In this document: positions 43,022 through 52,400 of the stretch, one piece after another
Position numbering within the stretch: position 1 is the first letter of the stretch
Layout of the letters: each line of letters starts with the position of its first letter
IMG/VR virus record: IMGVR_UViG_3300035698_012408
Direction: 5' to 3' (one strand)
Length of the DNA: 64,000 nucleotides
Source: a virus
Notes under the pieces: generated by a model
Database searches by the model: none
Told to the model about the DNA's origin: nothing
The model's input: the letters and a program-made list of their open reading frames with translations, nothing else
Program-made: the position numbers and the translations under genes

Positions 43022-43972
43022 TTATGTAGAAACCGCAGCTGCCTTGCCGCGACGTTTCTTCGAGCTTGGTTTTTTACTATCCAGGTCGATCTGACGTGGC
43101 TCTTTACTGCCCTTCTCCGCCTGGGTTTCTTCTGCGGCCTGCCGCTGTTGCAGCACGGCATTACCGTGCTCAATCACGCGATCAAGCATATCGCCGTTTG
43201 CTGTTGTAGCTTCGCCGATCAGGAACATCAGCGTGCGGACCTCGGCAAGGTCGTCTATCAGGTCCTGATCCAGATCATCCGGTGGAGTGTTCAGCACATT
43301 CGTGAAGATATTGTTGGTATCTTCCTCTTCGCCGTCACCATTCCAGATCGAATCATTCTTACGATTCCACTGCTGGCTCAGCGTGAGCATCTGCCGCACC
43401 TGCGCTGCCAGCGTCTTCGGAATCGCGTGCTTCCGGCCGTGTCCAACCGCTCGCTCCTCCCGCTTCTTGATCGCGTCATGCAACGCACCGGGGTCCCACA
43501 TTTTATCGGTGGCCTCCCGTGCGTATTTCTCCCGCTCCTCCTGCGATGCCAGCGTGAGAAGATAGGACACATGCCCCCAGTGAAGCTGATAACCTGTGGC
43601 ATCATTCTTCATGCTGATCAGTATCTCCAACGCCTCCTCGTCGTACATCTTGGCGAAGGCTGCGGACTTCCGTAACGTGCGGGCCTGCGTAGATAACGCT
43701 TGTTCGATCAACCGCAGTCCCGGCAGTCCGTTGTGTCCGAGATACTTTGTCGCGTCGCCATCGATCTCTTTACAGATCTTCCCAATCTTGTAGTAGTAAC
43801 GCAGATTCTCCGCACGTAGATCGTTGACCTGCTTCTCGATCTGATTGAACTTCCGCTTCAACGGTTGATTCATCTGCTCGATTGCGGATTCACGTTGCTC
43901 GATCATCTTCGATGGCGTCACATCCATCGCTTTTTTGCGTTTCTGCTTCGCGTTCGGTGATTGCCGTCCCAT
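43022..43972 (-). CDS. hypothetical protein, basic termini, helical
   Basis: 316-aa ORF. Confidence 0.65.
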   Translation of the reverse strand: MGRQSPNAKQKRKKAMDVTPSKMIEQRESAIEQMNQPLKRKFNQIEKQVNDLRAENLRYYYKIGKICKEIDGDATKYLGHNGLPGLRLIEQALSTQARTLRKSAAFAKMYDEEALEILISMKNDATGYQLHWGHVSYLLTLASQEEREKYAREATDKMWDPGALHDAIKKREERAVGHGRKHAIPKTLAAQVRQMLTLSQQWNRKNDSIWNGDGEEEDTNNIFTNVLNTPPDDLDQDLIDDLAEVRTLMFLIGEATTANGDMLDRVIEHGNAVLQQRQAAEETQAEKGSKEPRQIDLDSKKPSSKKRRGKAAAVST

Positions 43973-43986
43973 ATCTAAAATTCTCC

Positions 43987-45156
43987 TTAAATGAGGAAAC
44001 GACCTATCAACATGTCAAACGCTGCCTGCTCAATCTTCTCGCGACGGGATAAATCCACCCCGCGAGCTAGCCGCAACGTCGGCACAAATAGATCTAGTAA
44101 CGTACGACTGGCCAACAGTCGTCCCGGATGTTGTAATGGACTACGCAAGCCACTATCGTTTCCGATAGCCAGCCCCTCCTCGACAATCTCTTTTGCCAAG
44201 TTATGCGGTATGCCCACGTGACTTACTGAATGAATCAGTTTACTAACGGCAGCCTTCCTGACCGAATTCCTCATCCCTGTTGTAAATCCAAGACTCGTGG
44301 TATCGAGCTTCTTTACGCCGCTAAGGATGTCCGCCTCCGGTATATCGTTGTCCGCTACCGTGGTGAACATCTTCCCAAGACGACTAAGAAAATCTTTACC
44401 AGTGTGTGTAACCCTGCCGCCAAAACGCTTATATGGTCCAAGGCATATACCCTTGGGTGTGAATATCGACAACGTCCCGCGAACTGACGTTCCTGTGGCT
44501 TCGCCGTTCGTAAAATAATACCCGTAGGACATTGGCCACCGCTCGCCACCGACACTAGGGTTGAACATCGGCGCGCGGTTACGAAACCACACGGCAAAAC
44601 GCCGCCCCAATAACTGAGCAGCGTACATTTCAACATCCGGCCGATAAGACTGCAACGTACCAACCGCATCATTGTACAACGTCATGTTTTCCAGATACTG
44701 ATGCTTCTGCCCCACGAGCCCTTCTATCGTATTCTCTTCCTCATTACGGATCATACGATGATAACGGAACAACGGGAAACGTAAATCAACCAACTTATTC
44801 CATAAGTCGATCGCAAGACGCCCATCCACCAGATCCTGCCGCTCGTCGGGGAGCGGCAAGGACCCAGAGATTTCAGGCAAAAGTTTACTTAATCCAGGTG
44901 CGATAATCTGTGCCGTCTGCGCGAAAGCAGAAGAAGTGAACCGGTACCTACCACCCACCTTGCCGTCATCATCCAGCTGAAACTCACGCTCCGTGTGTAC
45001 CGGATGCACAGTGGTGGCTAGGTCAAGATCGCGCAGCGTGTCTATCAACAGCTCACGATCGCCACGACCAAATGTCGTAGCAGCGTGCCGCACAAATAAT
45101 GACCTGCTGCAACCAGCTCTTACTGTTAGTGGGGTTGACACAACTCTACTGCCCAA
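43987..45156 (-). CDS. hypothetical protein (faint DUF932-like look, unverified)
   Basis: 389-aa ORF with a TTG start. YYFTNGEATGTSVRGTLSIFTPKGICLG is only a loose resemblance. Confidence 0.55.
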   Translation of the reverse strand: MGSRVVSTPLTVRAGCSRSLFVRHAATTFGRGDRELLIDTLRDLDLATTVHPVHTEREFQLDDDGKVGGRYRFTSSAFAQTAQIIAPGLSKLLPEISGSLPLPDERQDLVDGRLAIDLWNKLVDLRFPLFRYHRMIRNEEENTIEGLVGQKHQYLENMTLYNDAVGTLQSYRPDVEMYAAQLLGRRFAVWFRNRAPMFNPSVGGERWPMSYGYYFTNGEATGTSVRGTLSIFTPKGICLGPYKRFGGRVTHTGKDFLSRLGKMFTTVADNDIPEADILSGVKKLDTTSLGFTTGMRNSVRKAAVSKLIHSVSHVGIPHNLAKEIVEEGLAIGNDSGLRSPLQHPGRLLASRTLLDLFVPTLRLARGVDLSRREKIEQAAFDMLIGRFLI

Positions 45157-45734
45157 TCTGCTCCAACCGTGTCCATGTAACTGCGTAACGACTCGATCAC
45201 GTAGACAACCTGCGGGCTGCCGTACGGACGGATCAGCCGCGTCTCCGCATGCTGCCGCCGTTCTGGATCAACCACCATCATTCCCTGAATAGGCTGATTA
45301 TGTAATACCATCGAAGCGCTTTGATCCGCTCCGGGGGCATTGAACACAAGGGCACAGCGATCGGCGTGGATGTCCCAATCCTCGGCCGCTGCCACCTTCT
45401 TATACTCGCGAAACCACGGGAGCTTCGCAAAACCTGCACCAAACAATGCAGTCCATCCAATCTTCGAGCCCGACGTGAACGCGAGCTTCGATGAAGCCAT
45501 CTGTGCAGGGAACGCTGGCACGTTCGCACGCAGCCACGCAAAATCCAATGCGTTGCTGCCAGACATGTGCTCAGCCTGCTTCTTTTCCACACCCACGCGA
45601 ATTTCCACGCCAGCATATCGCAAAAGCTGCTTGACAATTCGCTCCTCAAAACGGGCTTGTCTAGTAGCCTCGGTCGCCTCTTGGACCAATGGGTTATCAC
45701 GCATATTATTAAAAAGATTGTCGACGCCACTCAT
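45126..45734 (-). CDS. hypothetical protein
   Basis: 202-aa ORF. Confidence 0.6.
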   Translation of the reverse strand: MSGVDNLFNNMRDNPLVQEATEATRQARFEERIVKQLLRYAGVEIRVGVEKKQAEHMSGSNALDFAWLRANVPAFPAQMASSKLAFTSGSKIGWTALFGAGFAKLPWFREYKKVAAAEDWDIHADRCALVFNAPGADQSASMVLHNQPIQGMMVVDPERRQHAETRLIRPYGSPQVVYVIESLRSYMDTVGADWAVELCQPH

Positions 45735-45748
45735 GTACAGCGTACTCC

Positions 45749-47167
45749 TTATTCGTCAACATCGAGACCGTCAGCTTGTCCAGCAGCAACCGCCCGCTCT
45801 TCGCTGGTCGGTCCCACTTCTTCCTCACTGGCCTCAGGCGACGTTTCATCGCGCTCCATTGCAATTTCTGGTAACACTTCCACGTCCTTATACAGATCCG
45901 CCGCAGCAACTGCTGCCTCTTCCTTCGCGGTCTCCATTAGGTCCCGATAATCTACACCGGGTTGGAATGGTCGACGACACGTGATGCCGAGCACCTGATA
46001 CATCTGTGAAAGCAGGTCAGGCCGCTTCTCGATCGCCGCCCCGAGTATTCGATACGGCTGCGGATCACTTTCCGGGATACCGAGCGTCCGTGACCAACCC
46101 AGCCGCCGGCTTCTGGACACGTTGACATCACAAATATCCATAAGACGCTTGTAAATCGTCTTCTTACCCTTAGCGTTCTCGAAACTGATCAAGAGGTCCA
46201 CAGTGGACGTATCCCAATCCCACGCCGTCTGCTGCTTGATAGTACCAGTTCCATCATCGGCGTACCACCACAACATTTCAGCCGTAATTGATTTACGACT
46301 CGGCCCGAGGCTATTCTTCTTACAGATAAGCCTGAGACGCAACCCGCCGTACTCCAGCAGGTCAATGTCGCACTGGGCTGCTCGTCGCATCTCGATCTCG
46401 AACGACTCCATGAACTTCACAGCTTTACCACCAGGGATACTCGCCGTTGGTAGTCCTCGCTGATCAGTGCCGGGCTTCAAGTGGTTCGTCCCGACCACCG
46501 AGAAAGGATACCGCTTGATCCGATCAGGCATCGTCCGCATGTAGCGAGCGATCAAATTCGCAGCCAATGCGTACCCCCGACTAGCGTGCCCTGACGCCTG
46601 CACGGCTTCAATCTCCGCTAACGGCGCGGTAGCCATCAACGAATCGATACCGAAAATGACCGGAATCGTACGACCCGGCCCAGCTGGGTCATCCTGTTGC
46701 TTGATTGCCATATCGACAAACGAAGTGAGCACATCTTGCCATTGTTCGAGATAATGGGTCGGAGCTACGATCAACCGTGACAACCACGAGGGGTTCCACT
46801 GAAGGATAGACTGACGAAGTTCAGGACTGTCCTTGTTCTCGTTCTCTGCCAAGACGGCCCCGCCGCCGTATACGGCATGCCAACGGAACATCTCATAAAG
46901 CAACGCAGACTTGGCTGAACCCTCTTCACCAGTGATTTGAGTAATCCGCGAAAGCGGAAAAGTAGTCGATTGAAATAGGTAACGCAGGCAGAGTGCCGGT
47001 AATGGCAGTCCCACCAACATTGCCTCGGCTTCGCTACCGATGCTGATGTCCAGCCCTAAGTCATGCTGGGCCTTATCTTGCATCGCAGAGAATAAACCGT
47101 CGAGATTCGCATCTCGCTGTTCGCCGGTCCACATTTGCTGTGTCCGGCTGCTACGTCGCTTAGCCAT
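45749..47167 (-). CDS. RecA-fold ATPase (RecA/UvsX/Sak4-like recombinase candidate)
   Basis: ITQITGEEGSAKSALLYEM (Walker A-like) and PVIFGIDSLMA (Walker B-like). Acidic C-terminal tail. ATG at 47167; the track start at 47185 is a TTG. Confidence 0.6.
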   Translation of the reverse strand: MAKRRSSRTQQMWTGEQRDANLDGLFSAMQDKAQHDLGLDISIGSEAEAMLVGLPLPALCLRYLFQSTTFPLSRITQITGEEGSAKSALLYEMFRWHAVYGGGAVLAENENKDSPELRQSILQWNPSWLSRLIVAPTHYLEQWQDVLTSFVDMAIKQQDDPAGPGRTIPVIFGIDSLMATAPLAEIEAVQASGHASRGYALAANLIARYMRTMPDRIKRYPFSVVGTNHLKPGTDQRGLPTASIPGGKAVKFMESFEIEMRRAAQCDIDLLEYGGLRLRLICKKNSLGPSRKSITAEMLWWYADDGTGTIKQQTAWDWDTSTVDLLISFENAKGKKTIYKRLMDICDVNVSRSRRLGWSRTLGIPESDPQPYRILGAAIEKRPDLLSQMYQVLGITCRRPFQPGVDYRDLMETAKEEAAVAAADLYKDVEVLPEIAMERDETSPEASEEEVGPTSEERAVAAGQADGLDVDE

Positions 47168-47195
47168 GTAACTTCTTTCCGCCAAGAAGGTGATG

Positions 47196-47243
47196 CGTCA
47201 AAACGCAAGGTAAAACGAGCCCGACCACAAGGGCCGGGCTCGT
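47196..47243 (-). terminator. possible terminator or attenuator between two replication genes
   Basis: 9-bp stem acgagcccg (47215-47223) / cgggctcgt (47235-47243), then TTTTACCTTGCGTTTTG on the minus strand. Confidence 0.45.
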
Positions 47244-47274
47244 CATTCATTCTAAACCAATAACCGCCCGACGT

Positions 47275-48993
47275 CTACTGCTGGGGTGGCGGCGGCGTCA
47301 CGCCAGCGGCGGACTGTGCCGACTGAAGCGCCAACTGCGCCCTGGTCATCTGCTGACCAGTGACAGGAGCTCCGGGTGGTTGAGCGAACCCACCTGCTGG
47401 CGGGGTCGGCACTTGCGGAGCCTGCTGGGCCGGTGGGGCCTGCTGGGGCACCTGTTGCATCGGCGGAGCCTGCTGAGGCACCTGTTGCATCGGCGGAGCC
47501 TGCTGAGGCACCTGCTGGGGCACCTGTTGCATCGGCGGAGCCTGCTGCGGCACCTGTTGCATCGGCGGCTGCGCCGGAGGAGCCTGCGGCGCGAGCTGCG
47601 CCTGAGCTGCACCAGCTGCCGGGTTCTGCGATGCCATCCAACTACCCGCAGCCGGAGGAGGTCCACCGGTCGGGCCTTCAGCCGGAGCAGCAGGCGGTGC
47701 TGCTTGCGGCAACGGCTGCGGCGGTGGGGCTTGCTGCGTCACAGGCATCGTTGCCCCGGCCGGCGCCGGGAAACCACCCTGGAAAGCATCAGCTGTGGGC
47801 GCTTGGGCCGGCGGCTGCTGCTGTTGCGGCGGCGGACCGACCGGCATTCCGGCACCCTGCTGCCCTTCAGCAGCCGGAGCGCCTCCAACTCCCCAACCAG
47901 CATCAGGCGGAGCCACAACCGTCTGAGCGACGGCACGGTTCCGAATACTGTCGGGAATCCACTCGGGACGATCCCGGAACGCATACATCACGGCATCAGC
48001 CGGGAACTTGTCCGCGATCAGGTGAGCCTGCTCTTCGACGGTCGGGAACCACAGGACCTCGTCCCACGGCTTGACCTTCTGAGCGATCACTTCCTCGTAC
48101 TCTTGCAGCCTCGCCGGCATGCCGTTGAACGTCGGGTCCAGGTAGCACCCGTAACCGATCGGCTCTTGCTGACCTGCGCCGCCACCACCCTGGTTGCCGA
48201 AACTGCCGCCCTGCGCCTGCTGGTTCCACCCAGCCGCACTGGCTTGATTCCGTTGTCGCGGGTCACCATCGGCCAGCTTATAGAACGTGACGAAACGACC
48301 GTTGTCAAGAGCGAGCGGGTCGCCATTGACCATCTGATGCTCCCAATCGCCCTCGGGAGCGTTGGAGCCTTCGACCACCTTATCGAGCTCGCCAATGAAC
48401 GCATTGCCGGCCGAAGACGACAACTCCATCATGACCAGCCGGTCCTCGGGACCAAAACCCTTCGGTGGGGCGTAGATCTGCGCCTTGTGCTGCATGATCG
48501 CACACTGCACCAAGTAGATCTCGGAAGGTCGCGGAAGCTGAGCACCACGGCCGCGGCCGCCACGGAGCAAGCCGGCCCAGCCACGCTGGTCCTGCTTATT
48601 CTGCACTGCTCGGTCGATCGCGTTGAAGAGCACCCACGGCGGGAGCATCTGCGGATCTTCCATCGTCGGGTCGCTCGGGTCAGCCATGATGAACGTCACG
48701 CCGGGGTCGCCGAAATTACGGACAGCCGGGTACATTCGCATGAAATCGCCGAAATCGCGAGGATCGGACGAAAAGCGGTACGGGTCCCACGTCTGCCCGG
48801 ACGCGGGGTCCAGACTCAACTGTGGGAAGATTCGGATCGTGGTAACACCGTCACCGTATGTCGGATTCCAATGATCCGCCATATTGTTCTTGATGACGTG
48901 CTTACCTTGTCGCTGACCTGTCGTGGTGTTGCCGTGGTCAGCGAAACTGTAGCGGCGATTGCCGCGTTGCCTGAGAGACGGGTCTCGTGCCAT
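47275..48993 (-). CDS. hypothetical protein with a long P/Q-rich C-terminal tail; an ssDNA-binding role is guessed from position only
   Basis: The ATG at 48993 is preceded by AGGAG. A globular part of about 350 aa is followed by about 220 aa of low complexity. Lies between the polymerase and the RecA-like gene. Confidence 0.6.
   Translation of the reverse strand: MARDPSLRQRGNRRYSFADHGNTTTGQRQGKHVIKNNMADHWNPTYGDGVTTIRIFPQLSLDPASGQTWDPYRFSSDPRDFGDFMRMYPAVRNFGDPGVTFIMADPSDPTMEDPQMLPPWVLFNAIDRAVQNKQDQRGWAGLLRGGRGRGAQLPRPSEIYLVQCAIMQHKAQIYAPPKGFGPEDRLVMMELSSSAGNAFIGELDKVVEGSNAPEGDWEHQMVNGDPLALDNGRFVTFYKLADGDPRQRNQASAAGWNQQAQGGSFGNQGGGGAGQQEPIGYGCYLDPTFNGMPARLQEYEEVIAQKVKPWDEVLWFPTVEEQAHLIADKFPADAVMYAFRDRPEWIPDSIRNRAVAQTVVAPPDAGWGVGGAPAAEGQQGAGMPVGPPPQQQQPPAQAPTADAFQGGFPAPAGATMPVTQQAPPPQPLPQAAPPAAPAEGPTGGPPPAAGSWMASQNPAAGAAQAQLAPQAPPAQPPMQQVPQQAPPMQQVPQQVPQQAPPMQQVPQQAPPMQQVPQQAPPAQQAPQVPTPPAGGFAQPPGAPVTGQQMTRAQLALQSAQSAAGVTPPPPQQ
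47449..47575. repeat. 30-bp coding tandem repeat, about 4 units
   Basis: cacctgttgcatcggcggagcctgctgaggc repeated. Encodes PPMQQVPQQA units. Confidence 0.8.
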
Positions 48994-49102
48994 TATCAAA
49001 ACTCCTCTACTAGAACATTTGCGGGCCTGCGGGGGGCTTCCCCATGACGGCCCAGTGGGTAGCATCTACGAGGTCCTTCCTCTTGCGATGCTTGATTCGT
49101 AT

Positions 49103-49132
49103 ATTCTACCATCCCGCCCTGGATGGCACCAA
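49103..49132 (-). promoter_or_regulatory. candidate promoter with an extended -10 (TGGTAGAAT)
   Basis: Minus strand reads TTGGTG-N18-TAGAAT with TG at -15/-14, in the 167-nt gap upstream of 47275..48993. Confidence 0.3.
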
Positions 49133-49160
49133 CCCTATCGTTGGATTTTGTAAGATTCAG

Positions 49161-49427
49161 CTAAATTGCGTGATCGTGCTGCAAACACTCCAGCGCGGTA
49201 TCAAAATTCAACCCCGGGCGATCGTCCATCATCGCTGTGGCACTCTCCGCAATAGGTGCGGTGTCCAAAAATCGCACAGCCGCACCCGTAAGACGTTTTG
49301 CTGCTTCCCCGCGAGATATGTCATACAATTCCGCAAACTTAACAATCTGCACGCCGAGCAACGGCCCTGGACGAAACTGAATGGTCTCCAGCGGTGAAAT
49401 TTCACTCGCTTTCTTCCTTTTTGGCAT
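49161..49427 (-). CDS. small hypothetical protein (possible ribbon-helix-helix, unverified)
   Basis: 88-aa ORF just downstream of the polymerase gene. Confidence 0.5.
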   Translation of the reverse strand: MPKRKKASEISPLETIQFRPGPLLGVQIVKFAELYDISRGEAAKRLTGAAVRFLDTAPIAESATAMMDDRPGLNFDTALECLQHDHAI

Positions 49428-49447
49428 ATTATCTGCCTTTCAATCTA

Positions 49448-52400
49448 TTATGCTGAAATTGCGGCGTAAACTTCTTCCGGCATGCCTTCACGTTCGGCCT
49501 GCGCAGACGAGATACCTTCTCCCCAGTTAATCTGGATGTCCTGGTCGATCCCAAAGAAATAAGGTTCCTTCACCGGCATCGGCGTGTTGTCTAGGTATCT
49601 TGGCCATATCGGCACACGATTAACCATAGTTTCACGAATAACGCTAGGTCGAGTGATTTCACCCGTCGCATTCGTCTTGTCGATGGCGAACGGGATAACC
49701 TGCTCGAACGGAACCTCGAACAACAGGGCATCATGAATCTGGAGCAGCATGCGGAAGGGTACCTCAGGGCTCGCGATACGGAACTGCTGCACATTGTAGA
49801 TTGCCTGCCACACCGCGTCAGCCACGGTGTTCTGAATCGGGAAGTTCTGAGCCTGTCGCTGCTGCTCAGCAATTACGCTACGCTCCTTGCTTGTGATGAA
49901 ACGACGAAACCTCCCAAACGCGCCGACCATCCACTGTTCGTTCTGAGACCTGTGCCGGCACGCTTCCAGAAACGCACCAACGCTAGGATACTGCTCGAAG
50001 TAGAACGCGATCATCTGCTCACACTCAGCCACCGATACGTCAACACCTTCTTCACGGCATTGTCGTGCGATAGCCTCGGCACTCCGACCATACGGGATAC
50101 CAAAATTCACGTTCTTAGCTGCAACACGTAATGGCGAATGCCCACTCTCCTTCAACCCGCGTTTCGTCGCCGGGCAGTCGAGTTGGAATGTTCGGACAGC
50201 CGTATTGCTGTGAATATCATGATGATCAGGATGATTCTCCGGCAACGTGTTACGCCGGACATGTTCAATCATGTTCCGATCGTTCGCGAGCCATGCGATG
50301 GCCGCAAGCTCCGCACCAGTGTAATCCGCTTCGATCAATACGTGACCGGGTGATGCCCGGAATATCGTACGTACCGGCGCCTTATATAAAGGCTGCGGGA
50401 AGATCCGGCGATAATCGCCGTGAGCTTCCATCTCTCCAGTCTCCTTGTTCTTACGGCGATAGCCGAGAATTCGGGAGTAGTCGCCTTCTCGCCTCTTGGA
50501 GATGTTCTGCAACGGGGGTCTGGCACTTGAGCCTCGGCCCGTCTCTTTGTTCTGCGAGATATGCGTGTGAACACGACCATCCGTCATTACGCATGCTGCA
50601 AGACCTTTACCGTAAACACGGTTTCCGTCGTCATCTTGCACGTAGGCCGTAGCATCCTCAGTCATCAAGGGCGGGCGCAATGACATCTTGAGAACTTGAG
50701 TGATAAACTTCAAATCCCGCAGCTGCATCGCCAACGGGTGGTGGTGGCCAAGTATGCCCAGCACCTCTTTATCCGTCGACGGACTATACTGGTGTGTTTC
50801 GCCTCTTGCTACCAGATCATGCCACAAGCGTGGCCGCTTCCCTGTCGATTTAATTGGGGTCAGCCCAAGGGATAGCGCGTCAGGTGGTCGAATCGCAATA
50901 CACTGCCCTGTCGCCTTGTCGCGTTTGAATGCGTACTCGTCCCCAAACAGGAACGCCACACATTGCTTCGGGCTTTCGGGATTGAAAGTCGGCCAATTGA
51001 TCTGCTGCCGAAAATCTTCGAGCAACCGCACACGGCCGTCCATAAATATCGACGTTAGTTCGTCGACACGTTCACGGTCAAGCATGATGCCCGTCATTTC
51101 CATTTCCAGCACGCCAAGACTAGCCAAGTGATTGCGCCAATACGGCTCCCAACTACTGTTGTCGTACCAATCACTGTCCAGCAAGCCCCCATCGTCGAGA
51201 TGGGCCATAGCTATACGCCGCGTGACGTCTGCGTCATACTGCGCATAATTCTCACCCCATTCGGGATCGCGCGACCCTGGGTGCAGCACCCATTCGGGCA
51301 GGAATCCGAAACCTTCAAGGTCCTCCTTCTTTAGACTGTGCTGTTTACAATACCCTTCGATCGCCTTCTTCAAGCCGGCATCATAGACCGGCGCTTGTGT
51401 CAGTCGCACCGTCATATCAGTCAGTCGGTAGCTCGCCGTCTCATTGACCGCGTGGTACATCAGCCCGGTATCGAACCCGCCCTGCGCCCGACACAGCTCC
51501 ACCGCTGGAGCCGCTTCATAGGACTTACGGACGTCGATACCCTCGTGTATCAGCCACGGAAGGTCAGCACGAAAGAAGTGACCGCCTACCCTCGGGCGAT
51601 ACTCGGTCGCTGGATCTGGTTGCAGCAAACGGTTAAGTTCGCTGACGGCGTGACCGATCGATGGTTTGAACGCGTCAGAGCCGCCCTGGTGCCGCAGCAC
51701 GACGCAGATGCCCTCCCCGTGGGAAGAACTAAACTGCACCGTCCGCAGGTACGCACCGGGCTCTCCTGGGTTCTCTCCATGCCATTCCGCATCTACCGCT
51801 ATTATCCGCCGTTTAGGGTCAGGATCAGCGATAATCTCATCCACGATGTTCTGCAACTCGCGGTACTTAGAAACCACTCGGTGGTCAATAAATGTCTCGC
51901 GTCCACCGATTTCCGCACCGTTCACCAGACTGAGAAACAGCGCAACCTGGGCTAGGAGCTCGGGATAGAGCTCCGTACGCCTGTGAACGGCTGCCGGATG
52001 CGTGGCCGCCATCACCTTGCACGTGTGATACTGCGGGTCCTCCCCACGCTCAAACGTCGGGAAAGTGTATTCCTCCACACGCCCTACCATAGCATTTACG
52101 CCATAGTTCGTGCCGAGAAGCCACTTAGACGCGTCCGAGCCGAGACACAGGATGTAGTCAGGGCGTACCAGCCGTAACTCCTGCTGCAATAGGATTTCGC
52201 AATCCTTCTTGTGTGCAATCGGCAGGCCGTCAGCCTGCACGTCCAGCGTCATGAACTTGACCAAATTGGTGCAATACCAGTCGAAGCTCTCTGTCTGCGG
52301 GACGCCCAGCTCTGTTAGGACATCAAAGAAGATCTGTGCCGCGGGCGACACAAGGTTCTGCTGGTGCTCTACCTCGTCACGTAGCGGATTCTTTCCGATA

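Noticed and set aside
47380-49047. Very long antisense or alternate-frame ORFs (for example 47380..49047 + at 555 aa, 7443..8345 +, 26226..27275 +, 18490..19422 +, 8963..9709 +)
   Set aside because: They mirror stronger minus-strand genes, are Arg/Pro/Ser-rich and low in information as expected for shadow frames in GC-rich DNA, and lack SD-like leaders. Treated as non-coding.
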